Below are positions 45,354 to 56,669 of a DNA stretch of 64,000 bases, piece after piece (position 1 is the stretch's first letter; each line of letters begins with the position of its first letter). The DNA comes from Schizochytrium sp. TIO01 (taxonomy: Eukaryota; Protista; Bigyra: Labyrinthulomycetes). The stretch is from contig SMSO01000032.1 of assembly GCA_004764695.1 (NCBI GenBank), positions 4,558,483 through 4,622,482 of the forward strand. Direction: 5' to 3'. The position numbers were made by a program, and so were the translations under genes. Below the pieces are notes generated by a model, which saw only the letters and a program-made list of their open reading frames with translations, did not search any database and was not told where the DNA came from.

Positions 45354-46656
45354 GATCAAACTGCGGGTTGGGCGTGTATGAAAAGTTTGACTCTCGGAGC
45401 ACATCAGCATGTGAGGACGGAGTTTTCTGAAGTCGTGCAGAGCGCCTCACTGGAGTCATTGAGGTTTCACTGCCCAGCAAGCTAGCCTGGGAAGGCTTAT
45501 TCTTGACAGCTGCGACCGCCACAATCGAGCCTGTGGCCCCATTCTTTGACAGACTTTGTGCAAGACTTTGCCGACTTTTGCGGGTTGGCTCTGGAGATTC
45601 GGGATCCTCATTCTCAAGAATCGTGTCTTCCTGAAACCGTACAGGGATACGTTTAGCTCCGGATCGCAATGCGCTACCCAACCTAGAGGAGTTCATGGAT
45701 CGTAGTGCGCTTCGTGGAGCCTTTTGCACTGTGTTTGGGTTGAACGTGAGGTATGCATCGAGCGGTTCATCGGATGCGGGTCGCACGAGGTCTTCGTTTT
45801 TAAGTAGGTCATCTAATGTCCAAGCGCCAGCCATAGAAGGGAAAAGCTCAGACTCAAGAAATGTGCTGCATGCCTCCAGTACCTCGGGTGCCGTACAGTG
45901 CCGCAAGGCGTTAGCATATATACTCCCTGCACGCACGCGATTTCCGAGACTGACCTCAATCTCCGCTAACTTCATCCAAAAGCAGCCAACCTTGACACTC
46001 ATCGGAACCTCCTCTCGCATTTGTCGAAGAAAGCTCCGCGCTTCATCATATTTCTTTGCTTTAATCATGCTGTCCACAATTTCTGTTTGCTCTTTCACCA
46101 TATTCTCTAAATGGTTTTGCGTATCCTTCTTGACAACCTGTTCTGAGGCTGCTGTCTCCTCAACCAGCTTGCGGGTTTTGCGAGCGCTCTCAAGCGCCTC
46201 AGCTCTTGTCCGTCGTTCATCAAGTGCTCGCTTGCGTTTGGTTACACTAGCAGCTAACTTTGCACGGATGCTTGCAGCCGCAGTGCTCTTGGTTGCTGTT
46301 GTGACAGTTGCTGTGGCTGGCTCTGCTGAGTTTTCTGCAGTCTTGTTCGAAGGGGCTGTTTTCTCATTCTCATGACCAAACTTGAGTCGTGTCGGCGTTA
46401 GTGTATTCACCTTCGGCCCCACCAAACTTGCGGACCCTGCTCTTGGCGCAGTTTGGCTTTCGCTTGTCTTTGCAGATGAAGAGCTTCGCGACGAAGAGGG
46501 TGCCTGTGTAGGCTGTTTGCCAACGCTGTTCTTGCTGTTGCTGTTCGTGCCTGAAGCTTCTGCGGTATTACTGGATGCCAAGCCGGCAGCCTTCTTCTTG
46601 TTCCGCTGGTTTCGCCATGCCAGCAGCTGTTGTTTCCGCGAGTCTGCGTCAGCCAT
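45337..46656 (-). CDS. CKAP2/TMAP-like microtubule-associated protein
   Basis: N-terminal RKQQLLAWR helix; FWMKLAEIE..IYANALR helical domain; C-terminal TPVRRSARL and YTPNP motifs characteristic of the CKAP2 family as I recall it. Confidence 0.6.
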   Translation of the reverse strand: MADADSRKQQLLAWRNQRNKKKAAGLASSNTAEASGTNSNSKNSVGKQPTQAPSSSRSSSSAKTSESQTAPRAGSASLVGPKVNTLTPTRLKFGHENEKTAPSNKTAENSAEPATATVTTATKSTAAASIRAKLAASVTKRKRALDERRTRAEALESARKTRKLVEETAASEQVVKKDTQNHLENMVKEQTEIVDSMIKAKKYDEARSFLRQMREEVPMSVKVGCFWMKLAEIEVSLGNRVRAGSIYANALRHCTAPEVLEACSTFLESELFPSMAGAWTLDDLLKNEDLVRPASDEPLDAYLTFNPNTVQKAPRSALRSMNSSRLGSALRSGAKRIPVRFQEDTILENEDPESPEPTRKSRQSLAQSLSKNGATGSIVAVAAVKNKPSQASLLGSETSMTPVRRSARLQKTPSSHADVLRESNFSYTPNPQFDLSALR

Positions 46657-47699
46657 TCGTCTTGTCAGCTGTACGCTCGCTCTGCTGGTCTTATGTCACG
46701 CTTTAAACCGGTTCTGATGAACAATATTTGTCTTGGAAAAGTAGTACTAACCTCAATCTCAATCGTTCCGAAGGATCGGTCAGCCTGCTTTGACTTTTCC
46801 CAGGATGGCAGGGGGCGCACTTATCTAATGAGGACCAAACAAGCTATCGATTGAGTTGATAGCGGTGATTGCAGGAATGCAGTGGAAATGAATAGAAAGA
46901 GAAGGCCCTGGATTTCCAAGTTTTCCTAGATCTGTTCGTTTCTCAAGCGGCGGTTGCATGTTTTTGAACAACCCAATTTAGTTGTTTGAAGGCGGGACTA
47001 GTTAATATGATCCTCACTGAAGATATACTCCTAGTGTTTTTGTTATATAATATAAATAAAATTTATGATGGGACTCGTGGTGGGACTAGGCACCTCTCCT
47101 TGTTCTCTAAGCAACAGTGAGATGCTGTGTGTTTGTAGAGGTGAGGCCATTGCAAAATTCACTAGATTAAGATGGCTTGAACTCAACATTGTGAGACGTT
47201 TCTGTAGAATATCGTGATGTTCTTTGACGTATGAATTGCGTAACTAATTTCAGGAACGATCTATTTCATGGTGGTACAAGAATTAGAAATCCGATGTCTC
47301 TATATGCTTTCTGTACATGAATACTCCTTGGATAAATTGGCCCTTGCTCCGTAATTTGCGAGAAGTTTTCATTTGCTTTGTTTTAAAGATAACTCGATTA
47401 GAGTTTTAAAAGAAAAGCTTTGTTTTGAGTGTATTCCTGTTCAGAAGTTTGACTATCGCGAGGACGGTTATGAGAAAGTGTCATGCTATAGCAATTTCTC
47501 TGTTGATGTTGGTAGCTACTTAAGTATAGAGATGAAATAAAATAAAATTGTCATGATGCTCTCCGTCGGTTCTATTTTTTATCTGTCATTTTTTAAAATC
47601 GCGAATTGGCAAACAAAATGGAATTCATTCTAATAGGAAAAATAATATCTTTAATGACTGAAGTCTATTTAGTACTGTGATATGGTCCTGACAGCCCAT

Positions 47700-49577
47700 T
47701 CATAAGTGAACAACACGGGCAAACTCCTCAGTGAAGTCCTCACCGTCAGGTTCTTCGATTGTAGCCGCAACAGGGAGGTCTGTCGGAGCTGAGCGAGGAG
47801 GGTTAGGCTGAATACCGCGCTGCGAGAAGTATTGCACAATTTGCTCTGGGATTTCTGCCAAGGTACGTTTGGCAAGGAGAGGGCCATTGTTCTGACACTC
47901 AATGAAGGGAACAAATTGCACAATATCACGAGACGCTTTGCGTCCAGCTGAGTCTTGAAGAATGAGGTCGTCTCCATCAAGATAGTTCATACGTGAAAAG
48001 TCAGCCTGGCCTACACCTACAATTACAATTGAGAGCGGGAGGCTTGACCCTTGAACAATTTGGTCAATCGTTTGCTGCATGTCCATCACAGCGCCATCAG
48101 TGAGCAGCAAGAGAATATTGTAGGTCTGAGCTTGCTGGCTTTGTTCAGGGTTATAAGCCGCACGGTTCACAACCGAAAGTAGTGGGCCAAAGTGCGTCGG
48201 TCCGCTCAGCCTTGCATAAGTAAGAGCCGATTGATAGGCCTGCATGACACCGTCGACACCGAGAACTTCAGGTTGAGCGTGGTTTCCAGAGAGTGGAAAG
48301 CATTGGCTTACAGCCCCCTCAATGTTTGCACCAAAACCATAGACAGGAATCATACCATCCGAATCATACGCAGAAAGAATGCTGGTCGTAGCTGCGATCG
48401 CTTGCTGGTAGGCATTAGGGCGACCAGGTGACATGTAGTGCAATGAGTTGGGGTCGTTCGGATCACCGTTACTTGCTGTAAAGTCAATTGCTACTGTCAA
48501 GGAGATGTTCAGTCCTCCTTCAATATATTGAAGCATGCGCACAGTAGGGGATTTCTCAATGTGAGCGGAAATCACCTCAAGCTGCCCGGAGCGTTTGTAG
48601 GAAGATTTCTGATATTTTTTCTTGGTGGGAGGGTGAACAACATCAAAGCGCTGCGAGTCCCTCTTACCTGCCTCTAGCAAGTCTGCAGCAGTCACATATG
48701 TATCACCAATTAGATCATGTTTTGATCCTTCGTCATAGTCCCAAACTCGAATCCGAAGGTGTTCATTAAGAATACCCTTGCAGAGTTTCCCCAAGGTGAT
48801 TTTCATGGGCTTCCACGTGGGGTTATTGTTGCTTTTAATCCACTCACTTTTAAAAACGCCAACCCAGTCATCCTCCCCATGTCCAATCTTCCGCTCAATC
48901 ACATAGTATGGATCAGAGCGGCCCAAGCCACCCCAGTCCTTACTATCCAACTTATGGGCGCGTAAGTGCATGTGGAAGCTACCACCGATATCGCCAGCTG
49001 ATCGCTCACCTGTAATGACCACATACCCGCGATCTTTAACACCTGTGGGATCCTTGGGTTTGCTCAGCTTGACACGAAGTTTTTGTCCAGCTGCACCCAT
49101 GACATTGCCGAGCGTAGTGATTGCCTCGCCAACGAAATCGTGTTCCTTAAGGCGGTCGAAGTCAAACACGCGAACTCTTACGCGTTGCTCTTCCTCGAAC
49201 AAGTAGTGCGTATCAAATGACTCAGGCCACGCGCCTGTGTCAAGATTCTGCAAATGCGCCGTCTTGCCCATATAAATCCATTTACCGTGCACTGCGCTTT
49301 TGATTTCCAGGGTTGCAAAAGGGTCAGATTTGCTCAACAGATCGCGAGACTTGAGGCCCTGGAAACCAAGATGCAAAGATACTTCGCAGCCTGTCTCACT
49401 GTCTAGAGCAGCAGGCGCAAGGCCCGCTGCCCCACCTTGCAGAGGCGGTGGCGCCGTCACATAGGCAGTAGCACCTGCGGTTGGAGCCACGGGCGGTCTT
49501 GAGGCTCTGAAGTCGTCAAGCTGCTGCTGGAGTTGCTGCTGGAGCTTCTGTTGCTCGTCTTGTTGTCCGGGATACAT
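47700..49577 (-). CDS. Copine (C2-C2-vWA)
   Basis: DLLSKSDPF, two C2 domains, VAIDFTASNGDP..SLHY, YDSDGMIPVYGFGA, LSGPTHFGP, LLLTDG, LPLSIVIVGVG, RDIVQFVPF, LAEIPEQ. Confidence 0.96.
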   Translation of the reverse strand: MYPGQQDEQQKLQQQLQQQLDDFRASRPPVAPTAGATAYVTAPPPLQGGAAGLAPAALDSETGCEVSLHLGFQGLKSRDLLSKSDPFATLEIKSAVHGKWIYMGKTAHLQNLDTGAWPESFDTHYLFEEEQRVRVRVFDFDRLKEHDFVGEAITTLGNVMGAAGQKLRVKLSKPKDPTGVKDRGYVVITGERSAGDIGGSFHMHLRAHKLDSKDWGGLGRSDPYYVIERKIGHGEDDWVGVFKSEWIKSNNNPTWKPMKITLGKLCKGILNEHLRIRVWDYDEGSKHDLIGDTYVTAADLLEAGKRDSQRFDVVHPPTKKKYQKSSYKRSGQLEVISAHIEKSPTVRMLQYIEGGLNISLTVAIDFTASNGDPNDPNSLHYMSPGRPNAYQQAIAATTSILSAYDSDGMIPVYGFGANIEGAVSQCFPLSGNHAQPEVLGVDGVMQAYQSALTYARLSGPTHFGPLLSVVNRAAYNPEQSQQAQTYNILLLLTDGAVMDMQQTIDQIVQGSSLPLSIVIVGVGQADFSRMNYLDGDDLILQDSAGRKASRDIVQFVPFIECQNNGPLLAKRTLAEIPEQIVQYFSQRGIQPNPPRSAPTDLPVAATIEEPDGEDFTEEFARVVHL

Positions 49578-51583
49578 TCTGTTCTGTCTCAACTAAAGCT
49601 GAGGACTCTGCGTTGACAACCAAATGTAATTTGCGCTGCTGGGACTGTGTCGATGTCTCTTGTCTACTACAAGATCCTGGCTTAAAACACTGAATACTCT
49701 CCCGTTTGCAAACTTGTGTATATAGGCCTTCTTGTGTACAAGAGAGAGGTTTCCCCTGAATACCTAGACGCAGCGACTGAGCGTTGCTGTTCTAGTTTCA
49801 AGTGCGTTTACGAAGTGATTCGTTTTGCTTGAGTTGGCAGCTGTCAAGCTGGCTCAAGTGAAATGGACAATGCCTGCTAGTCTGCTATAGCCAGAGGTAC
49901 CTAGCGATGAGTAATCGAAAGAAGAACTGTGCAATAGCTCGCTACCTAACACCACAGAAGGGAGGGTCTCTTCTGCCTTCACTTGTGTTCAATGTCACGT
50001 GCAAAGGCCCCTACGTCGCAATTGCTCGTCTGCTTGTCCAAAACTACACAGGCCACTGTTCGGTGCCTCGTTTGGAGTAGGAAAGAAGAAGCAGAAGGGA
50101 AATAGGAGGCTCAGTAGGTGGTACTACCTATTACAATCTATCCTCTCTTCAGCAAAAGAAAGCCATCGTGATCCGGAGATGGTTCTACGCGCCATAATAG
50201 GCACATGGCGTGATGGAGATTCAAGTAGCCTCATACGGCAGCAGCAGTAAGTTTGAGATTTAAATCCGAGGTTGCCAGCGGTGTCTTTTTAGAAGGCTTC
50301 TGATTCTTTGATTGTAGATCCCCGCAATTGCAGGCCGACTTGGCAGTGAAAAGGCAAGAAATGAAGGTGTGCGTCAGAAAGCTTGGAGCTAACCAGCACT
50401 GAGACGATGATCAACCATTGGCAAATGAAACGTTGTTAGGTAGTACCCTGCCAAGTAGATTTGAGCTTGTTCAATAGCGTTTTTGTCCAATAGCATGGTC
50501 TCTATCCTGTCAGAGTGGCTATTAATTTCAGAACTGACGTCTGTTGAGGTGCCTGAAACAAGAGAGGGGATTTTTTTTAATAAATTAAGAATTAAAATAA
50601 ATTGAGCAAATGAGCAGCACCTACCTAGGTAGGTAGTACTCCTTGATGCCATCGTCTGAAAGTAGAAGAACTGAGGTTACAATAAACTCGAAGAGGATTC
50701 ATAGCGGAAACTGCTTTTCAACGTGGAGGAGGAAAGCATTTCTGACAAGTTGGTCAACTTGAACGAACTCATAAAACATCCAGCGTACTACTTAGAAACT
50801 CAATGAAGGTGACATAAAATTCTGAGCTTTCAGCACAAACTGGGCGAACTGAGTAGCACCCTCGTTCATAGTTGGATGTACTATTGTAGTATTACAGAAT
50901 CCCATCAGATATTGAAGGCATCTTGATACCTACTTCAGTATTGATAACATGAGTGATTGTGTTGGCAAGCTAAAAGACTGGGAGTTACTACCTTTGAGAG
51001 TGGGGACAGCTGATCGAGTTTGATAAGAAATAGCCTATGAGAGAGCTTTTAAGCTATTTGAAAGATTTGCCTTGACTTGCTTTTCTCCAAAAAGGGTTTC
51101 TAGAAGACTGGTTGAGTATCAAAACACAAGTCAAAAGCAAACCACTTCCATAGTTTTATACAAGGTTCTGGACAAGAAGAAAAGAAAGTAAAGAAAAAGT
51201 GGAGTGAAAGAACGTTCGCCGAACTCAGATCTGCCCACTTTCCAGTTAGTGGTTTATTTATGAAAACGACCTAATTTTGAAGAAATAAAATGGGTTGTTC
51301 AGAAAACCGCTCAATTGAAAGAATTTGAGAGTGCAACGATCGATTTAGCCTTGTCATGGTGCGAACCCAACCAATGGGGCAGGCAGCTGCGAGACCTTGC
51401 AGCAAAACTCTATTGCGAGCAAGTTAGCTCGGTTCTTTCTCTCTTTTGTGAAGTGAGTGAAGCCGATCAACGAACTGGGCTTGTGCCGAGAGTGAACCTG
51501 CAGAGCTGCCGTTATAGCACATTGCGAGTGATTCTATACTCCTTGAAACCGAACAACGTACTCGACAACGAGTCAATAGCACC

Positions 51584-52219
51584 ATGGCCACCGCACAAGC
51601 TACTTCGAACGAAATCACGCTCAAGGGCTCAACTGAGATTGTTACTGAGTTCTTCGGCTACAGTATCAACAGTATTCTGTATCAGCGTGGGATCTATCCG
51701 CCTGAAACATTCAAGCGCGTCAGCAAATATGGGCTTGCACTTCTAGTGACTGAGGACGAGTACCTTTCGCAGTACCTTGAACAGGTTCTTAAGCAGCTTG
51801 AGCACTGGCTCATGGAGGGTACCGTGCAAAAGCTGGTTCTTGTGGTGTCTGGTGTTGACAGCAAAGAAGTTCTTGAGCGCTGGGTCTTTAACGTTGAGGC
51901 TGACAAAGCAGTTACTTCTACTGGTAACCCTCTTGAGACCAGGCAAAAGTCTCGCAAGGAAATCATGAATGAAATCCAGGCCATCATTCGTCAGATCACA
52001 GCAAGTGTTACTTTTCTCCCCCTTCTCAACGAACCATGCACATTTGACCTCTTGGTCCACACTGATAATGATATCGAGGTACCCCAAACTTGGGAAGAGT
52101 CCGATCCGCGTCACATTGCCAATGCAACAGATGTCAAGTTGCGCAGCTTCACAACCAAGATTCACAAGGTTGATACCTGTGTAAGCTACCGCAACTGTGA
52201 GGACGATGATGACATTTGA
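51584..52219 (+). CDS. MAD2: Mitotic spindle checkpoint protein MAD2 (HORMA)
   Basis: ITLKGSTEIVTEFFGYSINSILYQRGIYP, VLERWVF, EIQAIIRQITASVTFLP, WEESDP, LRSFTTKIHKV. Confidence 0.98.
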   Translation: MATAQATSNEITLKGSTEIVTEFFGYSINSILYQRGIYPPETFKRVSKYGLALLVTEDEYLSQYLEQVLKQLEHWLMEGTVQKLVLVVSGVDSKEVLERWVFNVEADKAVTSTGNPLETRQKSRKEIMNEIQAIIRQITASVTFLPLLNEPCTFDLLVHTDNDIEVPQTWEESDPRHIANATDVKLRSFTTKIHKVDTCVSYRNCEDDDDI

Positions 52220-52862
52220 TTGTCCGTTACTGCTGTCTCTGTCATTCGTGCCGTCTGTATATTCACATTATCCTCAAATATAAAAATGATTCCTCGACTT
52301 GCTATTTGATTCATTCCAATCTGAAGATTTGGCAATAAACGTTTATATAATCCTTTCTTTCCTTTAAGGTTGAAAAAGGGTATACTACCTTGCAATGTGT
52401 TGACAATGGCTTTAATGCTGAAACCTTCAAACACACGGTTCCATTATTTTACTTGATTAACTACCTTGCTTCTGCATGCAAACTACAAAGGTGCGATTCA
52501 ATACTGGCAAAAGGTTCCGATCGAACTGTATATTTGTGGTTGATGTTTGGTGCTGAAGCCTAGAGCAGAAGAGTATCCATTTTTATGACGTTGACCTGCT
52601 TAAAGTAAAAATTGTTCAAATTTATAATATTTGTTTCTTTATGAATGAGCAATACTTTTTTAAATATAAATATTCATGGGAATAACATGCTTCAAAGAGC
52701 TCGTATGATCTTGCGTAAAATGACAACTTTGCCCTAAAGTGATCAACAAATTTCAGCATCTCATAAACGCTTGCAACAAAAGTTGGTGGTGTAAAAATGA
52801 ATCAAGTTATAGCACAAGGCTGCGACACATAGAATTCTGAATCTTTAGCAACATACAGTCTC

Positions 52863-53973
52863 TTATGTGAAATCATCCACATCAAAACCTTCATCATCAT
52901 CATCTCCTTCCTCACTCTCGTTGCGCTGATTAGTTTTTATATTTCCCTCAAGAGCCTTTTCCGCATTTGGAACAGGTTCGAGTGCCATATCTTCAAAAGG
53001 ACTTTGTGGTGGAAAACCAGAAGCAAATTGCGAGAATAACTTTTGAGATCTAGCATTTCCCCTGTGGTCTGTATCGCCACTCTGTACCTCATCATCGTCA
53101 TCCTCGATTTTTATGACTCCAGTTTCTGGTGGTGTTGGAGCATGTCTACGGCGCTTAATGGGTTCTCCCTGTTCATCAACACCGGACCAGGCAACTGCTG
53201 CTGCCCCAGGTGGTTGCGACCAAGCCTCGCCGGGCCCACTTTCCGGTTTGCTGATCTTCAATTGGAGAGGGAAGCTCAGTGTTGAGCTCCCGCGCTCGCT
53301 TTTGAATCCAAGGAACGCAGGCATCCATGAGCAAGAAGAGCATTATCCAGCGCATATGAGATAGAGAGGCGTGCTCAATGAGATGTCTTGTGTCAAAAAG
53401 GCGTGTTGCAGTCATTTCTTGATATCCCTCCGCAGCAGCATCACTACCTCCAAGCATTTGTGAGATAACTCGAAGGCAGGCTGGGTCTCGAACAATAGCT
53501 GTGTTAAATATGCTCTGAAGGTAAGGTTTTTCGCATGATTGTAGCCAGTTTTCATAAGAATGAAATCGCAAAATCCAGTCGCGTTGTGGCCCAAGGCCAA
53601 GTGAGTTATGCATGCGGTCTGCATCTGTATCTTCACTTTGATCACCAGGTTTATATGCACTCTCAAGCCAGGCAGGTCTTTTGTGGTGACTTGGTCTGGC
53701 ATACTCTAAAACTGCAGCAGCATGTTTGCAATATCCAGGACGAGAATCTGGGCAAGAACACATGCACAACGGTAGACTCGCTGAGCCCCGTGGCCAGCGC
53801 ACCACAACCGCATACTGTCCAGTGCCTCCTTGGGAGCTTGTCACGTTCGCGTCAATTGCCCTTTGCCAAATACATCGAGCTGTTTCTACTGCGCCACTTT
53901 TGGCTAGTGCAGTGCCTCGTTCAACAGCTGTTGCAGCTGCCGTGTCACGCCATGATCCTGTGGGCATGGACAT
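52863..53973 (-). CDS. SWIM zinc-finger protein split over two frames (apparent +1 frameshift near 53240)
   Basis: ORF 53176-53973 carries SWIM motif CMCSCPD....CKH. Overlapping ORF 52863-53324 supplies a natural acidic tail (DDDDEGFDVDDFT). A possible 40-nt 5' intron lies at 53977-54016 (GTGAGT..CTAAT..TTTTGCAG). Confidence 0.65.
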
Positions 53974-54621
53974 TTCCTGCAAAATAGATTGATTAGTACT
54001 GCTTCAGCGAACTCACTTGATACTGCTGATATTTTGACACTAGCTATCTATCTACCAGACTAGAAGCCAACACAAAAGTCAAAAGTACGAAATGAAACTA
54101 AATTAGCACGAATAGATTATAGAAGTTGTATCAGTGCCCAGTCTTGGTGACTTGACTCATGCAACAATGAAGTAGATAATCGATTCTTTGCAATTCCTCA
54201 TGCTAAGGGTAGTGATGTTGTCAGTGTGGTGAGTGCTCGCAATGACATTACATTTCCCTGGATAATCTTGCATGAATATTGCCTCTATAAAATACCCCTT
54301 GGTAGTTTCATTTCAGGCTTTCTCAACATTCTTTACAAACGAACAGTAGCGCTAGGTGCCTATTGTTTCCCACTTTGAGCGTTTCCGAACCAGGATATGC
54401 GTAAGTAGCCACATTTGTTGCTGAGTTTCCGCCCAGTAGAACGAAGAATGTTATGGTCTCATTTCGTTAGTAAAAGTTGATAACTCTGTATAAAACGCCC
54501 CCTTCATATATTGTTGGATAATTGTTCCGTAGAGTTGGTTCTCCCTCAAAGACCAACAGTGGAGCGCTAAGTATGCGCACTTCAGATCATTGTGTGGAAC
54601 TAAAACTACAACTAAAACACC

Positions 54622-54827
54622 CAAACAAACAAACAAACAAACACCCAAACAAACAAACAAACAAACAAACAAACAAACAAACAAACAAACAAACAAACAA
54701 ACAAACAAACAAACAAACAAACAAACAAACAAACAAACAAACAAACAAACAAACAAACAAACAAACAAACAAACAAACAAACAAACAAACAAACAAACAA
54801 ACAAACAAACAAACAAACAAACAAACA
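54622..54827. repeat. (AAAC)n tetranucleotide microsatellite
   Basis: Direct reading, ~205 bp, ending ~370 bp upstream of the EMC10 ATG. Confidence 0.97.
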
Positions 54828-55199
54828 TTCCCTCTATACCTTACGGGTAATAGTCATTCTTAGTCTTGAAAGTGCCCACGTCACCATCTTTGAAGCACTG
54901 CTATAGTATTCTGTATGTACTCCTAATGCCAGCATACATCTTCTTTCTTTCACCTTCTTTTTCTTCTGCTTCTTCTTCTGCTCTTGATCATGAAGACAGG
55001 CAAACAAATCTGAGGCATCGCAGAGCAGGAAGCGCGGCTCTGCGCTCGAACGAATTGGTTGTTTGACTGAGGTAGTGTATACGGAGACAATTCGAGGCAA
55101 TTTGAGGCGAGCTCCGTGCCGTACCTTGACCGGAACACTCTTGACTCCCCGCGCAAGCTTGCCATCGTTCTTCGTTGTGCACGAATTCCACGCAAGACC

Positions 55200-55991
55200 A
55201 TGAACCTGCACGGTGCTCTCTTGGCCGTTCTGGCCTCATTCTTCGTGTGCCAGTCTTCCGCTTCATCAGAAGGCGTGAAGGAGCTCCCTGTACAGCACGC
55301 CTTCGGTTCTGCTCCGTGGCAAGACCGCGGCAGCCTGCTCATGTCAAGTGACGGCACCCGGAAGACCGTCTCACTCAAGTTCTCTCAGGTCACCTACGAG
55401 TTCAACGACGTTGAGCGTGAGGCCTTCGATGGTCTTCTATCTAGCGATGGCTACTACCGCGTACGCGTGCAGACGGACCCCGACCGGCCTTGGACCACAA
55501 CCTCTATCCCGGCCTGCCTCCTGGCTGCCTCCAACTACAACGAGGTCTTTCGCTTCCACTTTGACAAGTCTGGTGCCCTTGCCACCATCGACTACACCCC
55601 CATGGGTCAGGCCTCTGCCTGCACGCCCGAGGCGTTTGCTGGTCGGCCTGTTAAGCTTAAGAGCCGTGCCAAGGCCTCACTGCCCTCCGATGCGTACGCA
55701 CCCGGTGCCTGGGGACCCAAGCAGGCAGTGCCTTTGCAGGGCGCACCAGGATCGCCCGAGACCGCTGCCGCCCAAGGAGCAAGCTCTCAAGGCCAGTCTT
55801 CGCAAAGTGGCGCGGGCAGTGGAAGTGGTGAAGCAGGGGAAGAGGGCGCAGAACAGGAGCAGAACTTCTTGAGGAAGTACTGGTACATTTTGCTGCCGAT
55901 TGGACTCATGTCGCTCTTTGGACCGGCGCCTCCTCAGGATGGGCAGAACCCGGCAGCCGGAGGAGCTGGTGGAGCGAAGAAGAAAAAGTAA
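55200..55991 (+). CDS. EMC10: ER membrane protein complex subunit 10
   Basis: Signal peptide (MNLHGALLAVLASFFVCQSSA), YYRVRV, SIPACLL, C-terminal FLRKYWYILLP TM segment, KKKK tail. Confidence 0.88.
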   Translation: MNLHGALLAVLASFFVCQSSASSEGVKELPVQHAFGSAPWQDRGSLLMSSDGTRKTVSLKFSQVTYEFNDVEREAFDGLLSSDGYYRVRVQTDPDRPWTTTSIPACLLAASNYNEVFRFHFDKSGALATIDYTPMGQASACTPEAFAGRPVKLKSRAKASLPSDAYAPGAWGPKQAVPLQGAPGSPETAAAQGASSQGQSSQSGAGSGSGEAGEEGAEQEQNFLRKYWYILLPIGLMSLFGPAPPQDGQNPAAGGAGGAKKKK

Positions 55992-56669
55992 ACCGTTAAG
56001 AAGGTGCTTCGCGATTGTGGAAGAAGGCAGAGGACAACTGACTGGAGGAGGCCACGTGGGTGGCCACACCCATATGGAGTCTGCAGTGACAGAGTAACGA
56101 CAAACACGACAACAACAACGATGACAACAACAAAAACAATAACGTTATATGCTATGCATTTAAAAATACGTATATAAATATCGACAAATATGACGTATGC
56201 CAAGGATTTTAGTTCTACTTCCATTCTGTCTTAGGAGGGTTAATTCTTAGCATTAAGGAATATATTTTTTTCAGAAGAAAAGAGAAGATGACATATCTGA
56301 TTTAGAATAGCCTTATTCGAAGTGCCATAGCTTAGATGTTATGTAATTCTGTATTTCATTAATCAAAGCAAACTGATTCTATTTTGCTAGTGATACCAAC
56401 GTCCTGCTACACATAAGCAGCTATAAATCATAAATGATTATTTAGGTGTACTTCCTGTCAGATCACATCTTCAGAACAAGAGTATGAGCTCACTTGCACG
56501 TTTTTCTATGCTAAAATAGTACCACGATCCTTACACCGTCGCAACAATATGATCGCAGTTGGTGAGAAAATTAACCATACAAGCATGCAAGACCATAAAC
56601 TGACGATTTATCTATATTTATCTTTTAAATCGATGGCCAAGGATTATGTCCGCTGATTTGTAGATTTAG

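Noticed and set aside
45695-46375. 226-aa antisense ORF within the CKAP2-like gene
   Set aside because: Shadow ORF of an Ala/Ser/Lys-rich coding strand; no domain.
54451-54863. FVCL / KQTN repeat ORFs
   Set aside because: Translation of the (AAAC)n microsatellite.
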